Source: Paraspadella gotoi (Eukaryota; Animalia; Chaetognatha). Taken from it: a stretch of DNA of 64,000 nucleotides. The notes below the pieces were generated by a model. It worked only from the letters and a program-made list of their open reading frames with translations. It did no database searches and was not told the origin of the DNA. Below are positions 38,801-54,333 of the stretch, piece after piece (position 1 is the stretch's first letter; each line of letters starts with the position of its first letter). The position numbers and the translations under genes are program-made. The DNA lies in the NCBI GenBank assembly GCA_051294375.1, contig CM119263.1:27200219-27264218 (forward strand), written 5' to 3'.

Positions 38801-41486
38801 TTTCCCGAAAGCTCGTTGAAAATGTAAAATACAATTTACTTTGTAGATGCATCGCAACGTCTTTGTAAGATTCATTTAGGCGAGTGATATCGCAATTAGT
38901 TAATACTCATTTGTGACTTGGTTCTGATTAACTTTCTGAATATTTTAGAGAGATATATTAAGATAAATTAATAATAGATAATCAAAATCATTGATTCATT
39001 GTAAGTTATGCTATTAGAGATATGTCACCGCTTCGACCGAAATTCTCGGTTCTCTCGAATTTTGATTTTTCTCCCTTTTTTCCTCGTTTGCCATTTGAAG
39101 ACGAAAAAATGTAGACTCTCGGTCTTGGGCCGGCTAAATGTCGAATTGTTATTATTAATATAAATTTTTACCTTAAAAAACAAAATTTTTACATCGGAAT
39201 TTTATAAAATATTTACCTTCGCATGAAAAAAAGGAGACTCACTCTTCCGAGCCGAGTTTCTCAGGAATTCCGGAATGCCGGTGAAAATATTTGTGTTTAT
39301 GTTAAAACCCAGTAATTAGCGGCGGCTTTCTTTTCTCTCTTTTGTTTTTCTTTTTCCTCGGCCTTTTGTTATTCTTTTCGTTCTTCTCCTTTTCCGCCAG
39401 TCGTCGCTTCGCTTTTAAAAGCCGCGGTCCCGAGAAAAAAAGAACATCGCCCCGGATCCCGAAACCGAAGGAGGCGGCCGATTATTGGAAATGGGTTAAA
39501 ACAGCAGCCCGGTTAATTAAGGATTTTGAGTCGGTGGGTCTCTCTCTCTCAATCTCATCTCCCTCTCTCTCTCGGGAAAAATTAGTCCATTCGGGTTCGT
39601 GAAGGGTGGTCCCTCGTTCCCCGGTCCCTAACTCGGAGAAAAGCCTTTTGATTTTGGAAACCACAAAGACTTTTAACGATTGAGAAGGAATCCAATCTCA
39701 TTCTAAAACTAATTATTACATTTTTTTAATGTTTGTTGACACACAACCAAGTTGAGGTGATCGTTTAAAATTACGACGGAAAAATTGACGTCATTAAAAC
39801 AATATCATTTAGTCATCCCGTTTACTATTTTTGTCCCAGATAAACATTTGCTTGATTTTCATTCGCGCCTATTGTAATTTAGAAGTTCACATCTATAGTA
39901 TACCCATCGCCTTCATTTCATGCTTCAATATTAATTCTGTCCAGTCAGAAATGACAATTGACCAATGACCAGCCCTCGTACATACATTTCCCTGAACCCT
40001 TATCATTTCTACCCACAATGAATATCCCGTCCTCTCTAAATATCTCCCTTTCTTTCTCATTCCTGCCCAGTGGCCACGGTCCTCCACCAGTCTTTCCTCA
40101 TTCTTCCCTTGTCCTTCCAAGTCCTTCCTCCACAATCCCCCCCCCCATTTCGGTCCGCCCCCGATGTTTACGGTTCCAATTCTGGTCGTTAAGCGCGAAG
40201 CCATATAACCTCGTCGCCCGTCATTTTATTTCTTCTTTTAATTACTAGTCGCTTTTATTTTAACTCGCACGCATTAAAAACTTTGATCACCGCTTTTTTT
40301 TTACTTCGGACGTAAAAATAACCAAGAATTAAGTTCGAAGGGAAAATTTGAGAATTTAAAACGTGATCGTCGGTCTTGGGAGACGATATGGTCAGAGTGA
40401 TGAGTGACGGTTATTAATTATATATATATATTTTATATATAATATATATCTATATATATGAAATTGTTACAACCAATATAAATATTATCTATTCCATATA
40501 TATATTATATATTATTGATGGTAACTATTGTGGTCTATGGGGGATGAGTACGAAGTATTGTCTTTTTTGTAGTAGATTTTCTTGTTGTTGTTGTTGTTGT
40601 TGTCGTCGTTGTCTTTTGTGGCTTCTTATACAGCGCCTTCGTCATAGAAATTAGCAATTTCTTTTACAAAAATTTGGATCGTCAAAAGGGTTGGATGAAA
40701 AAGTAAATTAGCCTTTTAATTTAAATCCAACTAAAAAAAAAACAACATAAAAATCTCCGCCCTGTTCCGCCAAACCAGGTGCGAAAATCGTCTTCGTCAT
40801 CGTTATCGCTGTCATCTTTGTGCCATCATATTTTGTCATCCCTCAGGTTCCCCACTATCACAATATCATAATCATAGGTTTCTTCATGTTTTTTTTTTCG
40901 CGCGCTTTCCTGATCCCGCTGAGTCCATCAAAGCGGGAACAAAGATTCTTTTTTTTTTTTTAAATCTCATGTTTAAAATTAAATTTAATTATATCCCTCA
41001 CCGTCTGATTGTTATTATAGATTTTTTACGATTTTTATTATGATTTTTATCGACGTCGATGTCCGCTTGACTGATTTTGATGATTCGTATTTTTGTATAT
41101 TAATAATAAATTCGTTATTTTACGCTTCGAACATTTCGATCTGAAAAATGACGACAACAACGACGACAACAACGACGACAACAACGACGACGATCGTAAA
41201 AACCGAACCCTCTGGACAAGAACGACCCCGGCAGGTCCCGGGATCGCGTCTCCAAACAGGAATGACTTTTCTTATTTCCCGATTGACCGCGCAACCGAGA
41301 TGGAAGTCCGTCCTCGCTCGAACGCACGTCCGCGCTCAGGTCCGGACAGATTCCCCGCTTTCCTTCATTTTCATGTCCATTTCGAGTCCATTTAATCGCC
41401 CTTTCCCTTCCATTTCGAATCCATTAGCCCGAAAATAATTCGCCGTCGCTTTTGAAGCGCTAAAAAATTAATTGGTCCGTCAAACG

Positions 41487-41532
<46 letters not shown>

Positions 41533-43061
41533 AAACATTTATGGCCTCGAATAAACAAAAATCGTTAAACCGAAACGACTTTTGGTTTAAAAGTATTATT
41601 AAGTTTTTAAGTTTCCTTCTCTATCGTCGAACGTCCAGCGGCGAGAGAAACGAGGGCGAACGGCCACGCCTCCTGAGAATCTTCTTCGGAGAATTGTGTC
41701 GATTAAAATCTAAAGATCACGGATTCGAATCCCTTACATTTTGAATATTACTATTCACTTTATTAGGTCTTAAATTTTTAACAATCGATATATTACATTC
41801 CTTATAAAAAAATTGAATAAAAACAATAACCGTATGAAATTTAACAGAATTCTCATAGAAAATTTTGTGAACTTTTCATCACTAAATTAGAAGAATCGTT
41901 TTCTCTGCCAAAAAAAAAGAACATTTTCGAAACGCAATATTTTTCACTCTACACAAAAATCCTTCACCTAAATTCTTTCTTTTTCTCCGAAAATAAATAA
42001 AAAGAAAAAAGAAATAATGCCAATTTTTGTCGCAGTAATAACAATAACAATAAAGTCGCCGAAGACAATAAACAATAAACGAGGAAAAGAAAAAAAAAAT
42101 AAAAGAGGAGACAGAAACGGTGCGAAAATCTTCGTCGCCGCCCACTCGCCTTTTTATCTTTTTTTATTTTTTTGTCTNNNNNNNNNNNNNNNNNNNNNNN
42201 NNACGATTTCTCCCGCGCCGGAAACCGCAGGGAGGAGTCCGAGCATAAACTGTACCCTTCACCGGCATCCCAAGCCCGGGCACCCGCTCCCGCACCTTGC
42301 CCAGGCTCACCGCCCCGGCATAGTTCCACTCCCTTTTCCGCTAAAACGTCGCAAATGAACGTCTTTTTTTTGTGGGAGAAATTTTTGTCGCTTTTTCTGT
42401 TTGGCTCGAGGTAAAGAGGGGGGAGGATTAGGGAAGCGGCGGAAGGGGGCGTGGCATCGCTAGCCGGGACGCCTTCGACGGGCGGAGACCGTAACGTTGC
42501 CGCTGGTCGTAAGCGTGAGGCAGTTTGTTTATCATGGTCACTTGGCCTATTACCGCGCAGGTGTTTTCTCCTCTCTCTATCTCTCCTTGAGTTTCTCTCT
42601 CTCTCCTCTCTCTCTCTCTCCTCATCATTCATCTCCTTTCTCCGTGCTCTCTTCTCTCTCTCCCTACTCTCTCTCTCTTCTCTCCGTTCTCGCGGGGTAA
42701 AACGATTGAACCGTTTTTAAATTATCCTTTTCCTCTCCGCCGAAGTAGAAAAGGCGAAAAGAGAAAAAAAAACGAAAGAAATTTGACATTTTACAACTTT
42801 TTTCTTTTTTTTTCTTTATTTTCCTTTTCTTTTTTTTTTTTTTTTTTTCAATTGGAAAATTTCAGATTGTCGGTGGGACAAAAAAAAAAATTTCCTTTTT
42901 TCTTTTTTCGAAGTAGAATCGCTTTTCAATCGAAAGGGAAAAAAATCAATTGAAAACTTTTTTTTCTTAAAGTTTAGGGAAAAAGAATTTGTTTGATTAT
43001 AAAAAAGACGGAACCCACACTCCTGAGAGAGAGGAGAGAGAGAGAGAGAAGAGAGAAGAGA

Positions 43062-43099
<38 letters not shown>

Positions 43100-43888
43100 A
43101 ATCGTCGGCGAAGACCCAATGTCACCCATAACCATTAGGGTCGGATTACGGGACAGGTGCGAGCGAGGGAGAGAGGGAGGGAGGGAGAGGGAGAGGGAGA
43201 GGGAGAGGGAGGGAAAAACGATGGAGAGAGAGGGAGGAAGGGAGGAAGAAAGTTTGGGAAGTCGTAGATTAAAAGTAGGAAGAATTATTTTTAAGCCTGT
43301 TGACGCTTTTGACTTCTATTTTTTAATTGATAATTTTACAAAAAATCTTAAAAATCTGGTTTCGTTCTCATTATATTTTTTTTGACAAGGAGTCTTGAAT
43401 TAATTAGTCAACGTGGAGATCAAAGCTGAAAAATCATACCACACCCAAATTCGGTTTTTCCCCTTTTCTCTTCCCTTTTCTATTTTCTTTTTCGAGATAC
43501 TTTATAACCGACCTTTACCTTTACCACTCCAATTTTTTCTAACACCCACTTCCCATTTTCCACCTAAACCACCTTCCACCACCCCTTTCTCTACCACCAT
43601 CCCCCCACCTTCATCCTCCAACCTGCGAGGAAATGATTTCCTTCGCGATAATCGTTATCGTAATGACAAGAAAAACGTCGCTGAATCGTGGCTGGAGAAG
43701 AGATGGGGAAGAGGAGGGAGCGATTGATGGGGAAGGGGGATGTAGTGATGTAGTGACGTGGGTGAAAACCGAAAGGAAGACGATAACGTCGTCGATAACG
43801 TCGCCCAACGACCGAAATAACGTCACTCCGTTTACCTACAACGATCGGTTCAGAACGTTCTCTCTCTCTCTCTCTCTCTCTCCTCTCT

Positions 43889-43955
<67 letters not shown>

Positions 43956-44997
43956 GATTTTTGGTATCTTTATTATGTAGTTCAATTGCCATCATTTCTC
44001 GTTGGTCTCTGCGCTTTGTTTTTCTTCTTCGTTGTTGTTGTCGTCGTTTTTACTTTTTTTTTTTCCCTGATGATGTTCGGTTTTCCATCAAGTTAGTTTT
44101 TATTGTCGTCGTCGTCGTCGTCGCTTTTCTTCATCGACAATCGGCAACGAAAGCGATTTCCGGGAAAAGGAAAGTCATCAATACCATCAACAACGACAAC
44201 AACGACAACAACAAGATTGTTTCTAACGACGTCGATTGGGACGATCGACGATTTACTCTTTGTTCTTCGTCTTTTGTTCTGTGGAATTTGTCTTTTGTTC
44301 TGTGTAATTTGTCTTTTGTTCTGTGGAATATGTCTTTTGTTCTTGTTCCGCTGAATTCATCATTCTATTTTGTTCCCGATCGATTCAAGAGCGACATTTT
44401 GATGCATTGCTGCTTCAATGCTGCTGTTACCTGCTGGAGGAATTAGAAACAACAAATTGTATTGTTTTAATCTTTCGATTCCTTCTGTATCATCTCTCAA
44501 CTGACTCCTACCCCAAGTGACCCCAAGTGATACTCTCACTCCCTCATCAGCTTTCACCTCAGCTGCGACGTTTTTTTCCGCAGCGAAAGGGATTCCGTTC
44601 CTGACGCATCACAACTCACGAAACTCACTATTCACAAGAGTCACGTCGATGACAAATCCTTTTTTCCACAATTCTGATTTTTCTGTTTCCAATTTAGTTT
44701 TTTTTTTCACAGGCGGTTTTCCAAATTTTCTGTCTGCGTTTCTTTTTTTGTTTTTTAATTTTTTTAAGTTATACTTTCTTTTTTCGCGATTGAATGTTTA
44801 ATAATGTATATCTAAAGTTACCTCTACGGGACATTAAAATATTTTCGAGAATATAATTATTTAATTTAATGAATAGAAGAAATAACAAGGTTGTATGTTG
44901 TATTTAATATAAAAAACCACAAAAAGTTATTTCCTTTTAAAACAGGATCCGATTCCAATACTACGATTCAGTTATCGATTCCCATTGAAACTTCCAC

Positions 44998-45079
<82 letters not shown>

Positions 45080-46553
45080 ATTTCTGATTAAACCGCCTAC
45101 CTCCCCTTTCCTCCCGCGATTGTGATTAAAGCTTCTTTCCATCGGCGCTCCCTTGGCGCGACGCCAACCGCGCTCATCGCGCCAACAGCGCCACTTCCGG
45201 TCTCGGGCTTCCGAGGTTCAGTCCACTGCACCCGGGAGTCGTTAGGGTCCGAAGCGAAAAGTCGTAGAAGTCACGACGCCGGGTAATGATGCGGAGACGG
45301 CTGGGGTGATTGAGGTGAGGGCTCCTTGGGTGATTGAGTTGAGGAATACTTGGGTGATTGAAGTGATTGAGGCGAAGTGGCCTTGGGTGATATAAATGAC
45401 GATTTCTCTGGTGATCTTGAGTCAAATTCCTCTTCTTTGGTGATTCGATTTTGCTTGTTTTATATAAAGTGCTCCTTGAGGGATCATATTCAAAGAGAGA
45501 GATCAGATTCAAAGTGATTATCAATTCAGTGATTATCTTATTCAGTCTCGTACTACAGTAATTACCAATTTCCATCAAATTTCTATCTCCTTTATTTACA
45601 ATACTTTGCAATACTTATTAGAGAGAAGTGTCTCCCAATGAACGAGCGCAATGTCTCATTCATCTTTCCTTCATCAAAGACTCGTTAATAGTGAATCGCT
45701 TTCTCGAAGTCGATCATCTTTTTTTTCCCATGGAACAAACGCGATCTTGAAAGATTGGCGTTCGTGAATCTTCTTTGATAAATTACTTGATTTTTGTTCT
45801 GTAATGCTTGCTGCCTTGATTGCTTGCTGCCTTGATTGCTTGCTCGCTCGCTTGAGATAAAGACATCGGAGTGGAGACGGAAATCTCAAGAGGGACAACC
45901 ATCTGAACAGATCTTCAATCGAGATGAGATGAAAAATGATGACATGAAATCAGAAGGGATGAACTCTCAAGTCAGACTGCCATAAAGAGTAATATTTCGT
46001 CGAAACTTGTCTTAAAGACGTTTTAAAATGCTTAGATTGAAAAATTTAGTGGCATCTTTTCTTCCAGATTCCAACCAAATCTGCAAAAAGAGTAGAAAAA
46101 AACAATTAAAAAAAGTAATAAACAAGAAAATAGCAATAAAAAAGAAAAATCCTCTAAACTCGTAAATTTTTAGTGATTTTTCGATTTTTTCAATTTTCTT
46201 CTTCGAGAAAAGAAATTTCGTCGTCGTCGTCGTCGTTGCCGTCGTCGTCGACGATGACGTCGTCGTCGTCGTGAAAAAAAGAGAAGAAAATTGAAAAAAA
46301 ATTCCAAAACAAGATGGCGGACGTCTTGACGCCGGCCGGAAACGCCGGTCCGGGGCGCCCTTCGACGCCGGGAAACGTCGAGACGCGTCGAGTATTAAAT
46401 CGGTTTTTCGATTGAAAGTCATAAACTTTGCCGGGGTGGGGGAGGGGGCGTTGGAAGAAGGGGAGGGGAGGGGGAAAGGGAAATCACCTGAGGACGGCGA
46501 AGCTTGGAGAAAGAGATGGCAGTGAAATGTGCGGAAAAAAAGAGGGAAGAGAG

Positions 46554-46652
<99 letters not shown>

Positions 46653-48074
46653 AGAGAGAGGAGAGAGAATGAACGTTAGTGACTAAATAAAAAAAAAGAC
46701 TCCACTCAATAGCTTCATATTTCAAAAAAGAGTTTTTTGTTTCGTGTTGCGAATACGAAGCCGAAAAGTTTCCTATTTATCTTTTGTTTAACTTTTTTTA
46801 TTTTTGTTTTGTGGAAAAAAAAAACATAAAAACGAAACGTCAGTCAAACTCGAAAACAAAGAATCGGAAGGTGACGCGTTTATCTCGAGAACGCAACAAT
46901 CACTACGCCGCCGCCGCGCCGCTCCGCCGAGACAGCGCCGCCATCAACCTCCGACGCCGACGTCTGGCGTCGCGTCGATAAATTCTTTTTCCCTTCCGTT
47001 TTTAAAGAAGATTAAAAATCTTAATCTGAAAACCGATCGGGAGACGGAGTCAAAAATGACGATAACCATGACAACCGGAAAAAAGCGACGACGGAAAAAA
47101 AGTTTCAGATGATGAGGAAAAAAGGATGACAACTGGAAAAAGGTGGATGACAGAGAGATGACAGAAAAACTAAAATATTTGTGATAATGATGGTTATGAA
47201 AAAAGACAGTTATATTTGAAATATTAAGATCTCTTGTAATAACATCCTTTACAAACTTTAAAAATCTAAGAAGTAAAAAAAAAATATGAACTGTCAATTT
47301 ATTAAAATGGTTGAATTTTTTATCTTTTTGATTACCCCTTTAAAATAAAACTTTATTCCCCACACTATTTTTTTGTCTACCCGACGCTTTACTGATCTGC
47401 ATTTAGCGTTTGGACCTCAAAATATTACATCAAGAAAAATGTTATTCCCCAATTTTTTCCCTTCTCTGTTTATTATTTCCACAAAGAGAAAAAAATCTTT
47501 AAAAAAAAATAGTTTGGGGAAAATTCGAATCGTGAACCTGGTCGTCATCGTCGTCATCGTCGTCGTCGTCGTCGTCCAGATTCGATTCAGGTGGTAGGTG
47601 TGGCGTTGGCACCGCGCTGTTGGTGGCGGTATCACCGCCCGGCAGGTGTCGTAGCAGGAACGGCGCTGGCGGTGTTGGCGGTGCCGTCGTTGTCGGAGAT
47701 GACGGCCGCGGCAGCGGCGGTTGCGACGGCGACGGCGGCTGCGTCCGCTGATTCACCAAACATCAAATTTTTTTTCTCTCGATTTTCTTTTGGGTTTTAG
47801 TGATTAAACACTCATCTTCACTCCTCTCGCCTGCCTTACCCGCCACTCGCATCCCTTATATTTCACTCCTACCCGCTACCAGCGCCACCTGCCAGCCCAC
47901 CAAGAGTGAAAAAAAATCGGCGCAATCATCTTTCTGGTTTATGAAAAAAAAATACTAAAATTCCTTTTTTTTAAATAATAATTCCGTGAGAATCCCTTTG
48001 CCGGAGGAAAATCCGGTAAACAAATCTGCTAAACATCGAATTAGAAAAATGCAAAGCATCGAATACTAATGAAA

Positions 48075-48123
<49 letters not shown>

Positions 48124-48423
48124 CTCACTTCTACTCTCTCTCCGCTCTTTGTCTCGAAATATTCATCCCAACCAGAATACGCTTTTTTTATTTTACTTTT
48201 CTGAAATTAAATACTTATTTTTTTTTTCGAAACTGAAAAAAAATTAAAATTCGAGTCAACGACTAAAACTAATTAGATGTCATCTTGTGTTTCAGCTGCG
48301 ATTATGAAAACAAACAGGAAGAAAAGAAAAACAGAGAGAACGAGTTAGAAACCTTGCCTCTTTTTTTTTTTTGGAAAGTTATATGACAAAAAAGGTATTT
48401 TTTTTCAGTTCGACATCGCCGAC

Positions 48424-48455
<32 letters not shown>

Positions 48456-51400
48456 CGATGACTACCACGATCACCCGAAAATGACTAAGATTTTAATTAT
48501 GGCAAAATCTGAAAAATGATGAAGACGACGACGACGACGACGACGATTAATACCGGGTCTTTAACACGTAATGAGCGAGAAAAAATCAATTCAGATCGTT
48601 TGTTTATTTTAAATTTTAATCTTCAAAAAAAATCCAAGTGGGGTCAGAGGTCAAAGGAACATCTCAGGTGCCACGTGTTTTATTTTGTGTTTGTTTTTTT
48701 TAACAAAAAATACGTATGTGTAAAAATATAAAAATGATTCCATTTTCTTTAGATTAGTAAAAAAAATTAATTTAACCTCAGTGTCACTATAATATCGACG
48801 ATTCCTAACGGGAATGAAAAGAAACAGGTTTTTCAGAGTTGCCTTCGTTATTTAGTTTAGTTAGTTAGTAAATATAAAAAATACTCTTGCATGAAACATG
48901 AAATATAATCCCTGTTTATCATGTGATAAGTAAACATTAGATTTGAATCGTATTTTTACAAAACGTCATTTTAAATTTACAAGGAAAATATCGTTATGGT
49001 TGGACAGAACATCTTTTGAAGATTCCATTTTAAATCGGTTAAATTAATATAAAAATTTACAAAGCATTGGGAACTTGTGTTGACTAGATATCTAATGGAT
49101 CGGGGCGGATCAGAGTGAACCGGGGTGGCAGGTGGACGAAGTTTCGAATATCTGGAGAGAGAAGAGAGAGCAAGATGTGGGGAGACGAACACGTCGAGGA
49201 ATAAAGCGACGCGAGTCACAAAAAAAAAAATCTGTTTTTCGATTTCTCTGGTGATTTCGTCGATGGATAACAATAATCGTTCGACATTCGTTTTATGCGG
49301 CGCCCATTGTCTCTCCGCCTCCGGTCCCCGATTATTACGATCGTCCATTGTCTTTCGGTCCTTTGGCCAGGGAGATGGCGCTGGTCACTGTCTCCGTCAG
49401 AATGGGGATAATTCTGTGGACCCTATTGGTCAAAATGGAATGACGTCGTCATCGTGATGGCGGACGACGACGACGAAGACGACGACGAAGACGACGACGA
49501 ACGACGAAAGTGACACCTTCGCGTCCGCCTCGATGAACGATCGTCCTCACACTTTTCTCCTTCTTTCGTCCAAAGAGGGATGGACCCGTGTTTCCTTGGC
49601 CCCGTCTCTTGGCTCCAGACTCTGTCTCTTCAAGTCCTCTCCATTTTTCTCTTTCTCATTTCTCTTACTCACTTCATTCATATTTTCTTTTCCATCACCT
49701 ACCCATCTTTTATCTCCCCTCGTTCCTATTTCCCTTCCCCCATTCTCTCATTCCTACATTCATTTATTTCCTCATTCGCTTATNNNNNNNNNNNNNNNNN
49801 NNNNNNNNNNNNNNNNNNNNNNNNNNNNNNNNNNNNNNNNNNNNNNNNNNNNNNNNNNNNNNNNNNNNNNNNNNNNNNNNNNNNNNNNNNNNNNNNNNNN
49901 NNNNNNNNNNNNNNNNNNNNNNNNNNNNNNNNNNNNNNNNNNNNNNNNNNNNNNNNNNNNNNNNNNNNNNNNNNNNNNNNNNNNNNNNNNNNNNNNNNNN
50001 NNNNNNNNNNNNNNNNNNNNNNNNNNNNNNNNNNNNNNNNNNNNNNNNNNNNNNNNNNNNNNNNNNNNNNNNNNNNNNNNNNNNNNNNNNNNNNNNNNNN
50101 NNNNNNNNNNNNNNNNNNNNNNNNNNNNNNNNNNNNNNNNNNNNNNNNNNNNNNNNNNNNNNNNNNNNNNNNNNNNNNNNNNNNNNNNNNNNNNNNNNNN
50201 NNNNNNNNNNNNNNNNNNNNNNNNNNNNNNNNNNNNNNNNNNNNNNNNNNNNNNNNNNNNNNNNNNNNNNNNNNNNNNNNNNNNNNNNNNNNNNNNNNNN
50301 NNNNNNNNNNNNNNNNNNNNNNNNNNNNNNNNNNNNNNNNNNNNNNNNNNNNNNNNNNNNNNNNNNNNNNNNNNNNNNNNNNNNNNNNNNNNNNNNNNNN
50401 NNNNNNNNNNNNNNNNNNNNNNNNNNNNNNNNNNNNNNNNNNNNNNNNNNNNNNNNNNNNNNNNNNNNNNNNNNNNNNNNNNNNNNNNNNNNNNNNNNNN
50501 NNNNNNNNNNNNNNNNNNNNNNNNNNNNNNNNNNNNNNNNNNNNNNNNNNNNNNNNNNNNNNNNNNNNNNNNNNNNNNNNNNNNNNNNNNNNNNNNNNNN
50601 NNNNNNNNNNNNNNNNNNNNNNNNNNNNNNNNNNNNNNNNNNNNNNNNNNNNNNNNNNNNNNNNNNNNNNNNNNNNNNNNNNNNNNNNNNNNNNNNNNNN
50701 NNNNNNNNNNNNNNNNNNNNNNNNNNGAAATGAAACGGGTAACAGTATTGGAAACGGAACTGGCACACGCTCGTCTCAATATAAGTGGAAACAAAAGTGG
50801 CGATGAAGCTCTGAATGAAATTTGAAATGGAACCGGAAGTTGAAGTGGAAATTAAAATAGATTCAGAAATGAACCTGGAATCGGAAATACTGCGGAAAAT
50901 TAAAGATGAGTCGCATACTATTACAAAATTTCTTTTTGTTTCGAATTCCTTATATTCTGACATCTCGTCTCTTTCTTATTGCATTTAATATCTCAGATGC
51001 AGTCTCCAATCTGAGACAGACTGACTGTCAATCCGAGATAGTTCGACGATTACACTAGTTGCCAGACAGTTCCTTCATTTCATTATATTTCTCTTTCTCT
51101 CGATTCCGCCGTCGATTTACTTTCCTTGTTTATTTATTTCTTCTCTCAATCCTTTTCATAACTCCTCTTCTTCATCCTCTCTCTTCTTCCCCCCCCCTTC
51201 GCTCCCCCATCTCTCCACCCACCGACCTTCTTTGTCCGCGTATGACGAGTGGGTCTCAACTGACGGCTTGACGCATTCCCACTTTCGATATCGACCGCGC
51301 ATGCGCCGCCCCCTCTTGCGCTGCCCGCCCGCCCGGGAAAAGNNNNNNNNNNNNNNNNNNNNNNNNNNNNNNNNNNNNNNNNNNNNNNNNNNNNNNNNNN

Positions 51401-54302
51401 NNNNNNNNNNNNNNNNNNNNNNNNNNNNNNNNNNNNNNNNNNNNNNNNNNNNNNNNNNNNNNNNNNNNNNNNNNNNNNNNNNNNNNNNNNNNNNNNNNNN
51501 NNNNNNNNNNNNNNNNNNNNNNNNNNNNNNNNNNNNNNNNNNNNNNNNNNNNNNNNNNNNNNNNNNNNNNNNNNNNNNNNNNNNNNNNNNCCTTTTTTTT
51601 TACTTACTTCTGGCTTAAATTTTTTTATTCAGAATTTCTCATATGAATGCCTTAATTTATTATGAATTAATTAATTAATTCGACTAATGCAATTCTTTAA
51701 TTAGGGTTTTCAATCATTTATCCGCGTCTTCATTCCTTTCTTAGTTAATTCTATCCTNNNNNNNNNNNNNNNNNNNNNNNNNNNNNNNNNNNNNNNNNNN
51801 NNNNNNNNNNNNNNNNNNNNNNNNNNNNNNNNNNNNNNNNNNNNNNNNNNNNNNNNNNNNNNNNNNNNNNNNNNNNNNNNNNNNNNNNNNNNNNNNNNNN
51901 NNNNNNNNNNNNNNNNNNNNNNNNNNNNNNNNNNNNNNNNNNNNNNNNNNNNNNNNNNNNNNNNNNNNNNNNNNNNNNNNNNNNNTTCCTTCCTTCCTTC
52001 CTTCCTTCCTTCCTTCCTTCCTTTAATTTATCTTTCCTTTCCTCCTTTCTTCTCCCGGTCACGTGACTCGATGGGCGATCTCCCCTTTGCCTTCTTTCTT
52101 CTCTTCCGAACGAAATCGGTTCAAAGTCTTTTTTTCGTGCGAAGAATTCGACGTCGAGTAAAAGTGGAAGAAAGAAGATGAGGTGAGGAAATTGAAAAGG
52201 TGAGGTTAGGAAAAAAAGGAGGAAAGTGGTGAGGCGAAGGAAAAGGAGGAAAATAGAGAGGAAGAGTGAATCGCTGAGGAAAAGTGAATACATGAAGACG
52301 ATTTGAAACACGCCGCTAGAAAAAAGCTGCCATTTGCAAACCCGTAGCGATTTATTAATTTTGTGAGCGAGTTTGGTAGAAAAAACCAAAAACATTTATG
52401 GGTGCTAATTTCATATTAATTCTCTTTGATTTTCCTAAATAGGATAGATTTGAAGATACATTTGAAAATTGTCTCTCAGTTTTAAGCAACATTTTTTCTG
52501 ATCAAGTGATTCTAATTCGCTTTAGACACTCTCTCTACTTTTTCTCCACCCACCACTCATATCATTTCTGAGAAATAGGAAGTTGAAAAAAAAAAGTGGG
52601 TTTTGGTTTTTCTCGTTCAAGTTCATCAGTCACTCGAGACTCGAAGGAACGCTGAGTATTTTGGCGGAAAAAAAATCGGCAATTCCCATTCGTTTTAGTC
52701 TTTATAGGAATATTCTCTTTCTTTCTTTNNNNNNNNNNNNNNNNNNNNNNNNNNNNNNNNNNNNNNNNNNNNNNNNNNNNNNNNNNNNNNNNNNNNNNNN
52801 NNNNNNNNNNNNNNNNNNNNNNNNNNNNNNNNNNNNNNNNNNNNNNNNNNNNNNNNNNNNNNNNNNNNNNNNNNNNNNNNNNNNNNNNNNNNNNNNNNNN
52901 NNNNNNNNNNNNNNNNNNNNNNNNNNNNNNNNNNNNNNNNNNNNNNNNNNNNNNNNNTCCATTATTTTCCTAGATAAGAGAATGACTTGAGACAACAACA
53001 ACGACAACAACAACGACGGCAACGACCCCGACGTCGACCCTGAAGACGACAGCGAAACCCGATGCTCTTTTGTCCTTCCCGTCAGTTTTCTCGACCGGAG
53101 TTTGAATTTCAGATGGCGCCCGTCGCCGTCGTTATGGACGTCGTGGCTGACGTCGTTGCTGTCGTCGTCGTCGTCGTCGTCGTCGCCGGCCCAGCAACCA
53201 GACATTCTATGATTCTGATTTAATTAAAAGCGAAAATTAAACCCTTGTCGACTTCAGAATCGCCGATCGCAATTCCAGCCTTTTTTCTTTCTCTTTCTTT
53301 TCCCTATTTTTTCTCTCCCNNNNNNNNNNNNNNNNNNNNNNNNNNNNNNNNNNNNNNNNNNNNNNNNNNNNNNNNNNNNNNNNNNNNNNNNNNNNNNNNN
53401 NNNNNNNNNNNNNNNNNNNNNNNNNNNNNNNNNNNNNNNNNNNNNNNNNNNNNNNNNNNNNNNNNNNNNNNNNNNNNNNNNNNNNNNNNNNNNNNNNNNN
53501 NNNNNNNNNNNNNNNNNNNNNNNNNNNAAACGGGCGAGAAAGTAACGGGCGTAATAATATAATATAATAATAAAAAAAAGGAGACGAAATAATCGTTAAA
53601 GTCAACGCTATTACTATTAAAACTTTTTTATATTAAATAGGAAAAAAAAGGGGGTAATAATGCGCATATAAAGCAAACGAGGCGTGAGAAATGGATTTAG
53701 AAATAAAGAAAAGTTTAAAAAAATATATAAAAAAAAGCTGGATCGAATAAAAAAGAATAAAAAGAAAAAAGGTTTGGAGCCAGGTGAAATAAAATTAAAG
53801 GGAATCAAATAAAAAACTCGGAAACGTGACAAGATTTCTTGATGAAATAAGAAGAAGAATCGAGGGAAGGAAATTCCTGCGAATCTCAAACCAGAAAAAA
53901 AGAAAGAAAAAAGAAAGAAAGAAAGAAAGAAATTTGAATTTAAAAATAGATTTTTTTTTCACTCGATTTATCGGTAAAGAGAAAAAGGGTGAGGCGAAGA
54001 AATACAGGTGAGGTGACTCTAGCGAAGCCGGAAGAGAAGGAGAAAAAGAGAGGAAGAAAGAGAGGGAAGAAAAGAGGGAGATAGATAGGTCGAAAGTCGA
54101 CAAAGAGATGTTGAACCGTTGAAAACAAATAAAGAAGACGATAGAAAAAGGGGAATGAGGGAAGAAATTTTAANNNNNNNNNNNNNNNNNNNNNNNNNGA
54201 GAATCTCGTACACTAATTTTCTTGTTTTGGTGAGGAAAAAACAAATTTGTGAGAACTTAAGTGTTAAGAAGCGACATCGTTCGGTTCACATTGGGGGAGA
54301 GA

Positions 54303-54333
<31 letters not shown>

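Noticed and set aside
44256-45392. Short repeats as a possible CRISPR-like array
   Set aside because: Head-to-tail minisatellites without unique spacers; no cas genes; eukaryotic context.
45174-45611. 145-aa minus-strand ORF with HLNHP repeats
   Set aside because: The repeat derives from a minisatellite and there is no recognisable domain or splice context.
46012-46725. SLSL/RERE-rich ORFs here and throughout the window
   Set aside because: Products of (CT)n/(GA)n microsatellites with no domain signal.
49533-50963. 330-430 aa ORFs
   Set aside because: They span an N-gap and are almost entirely X.
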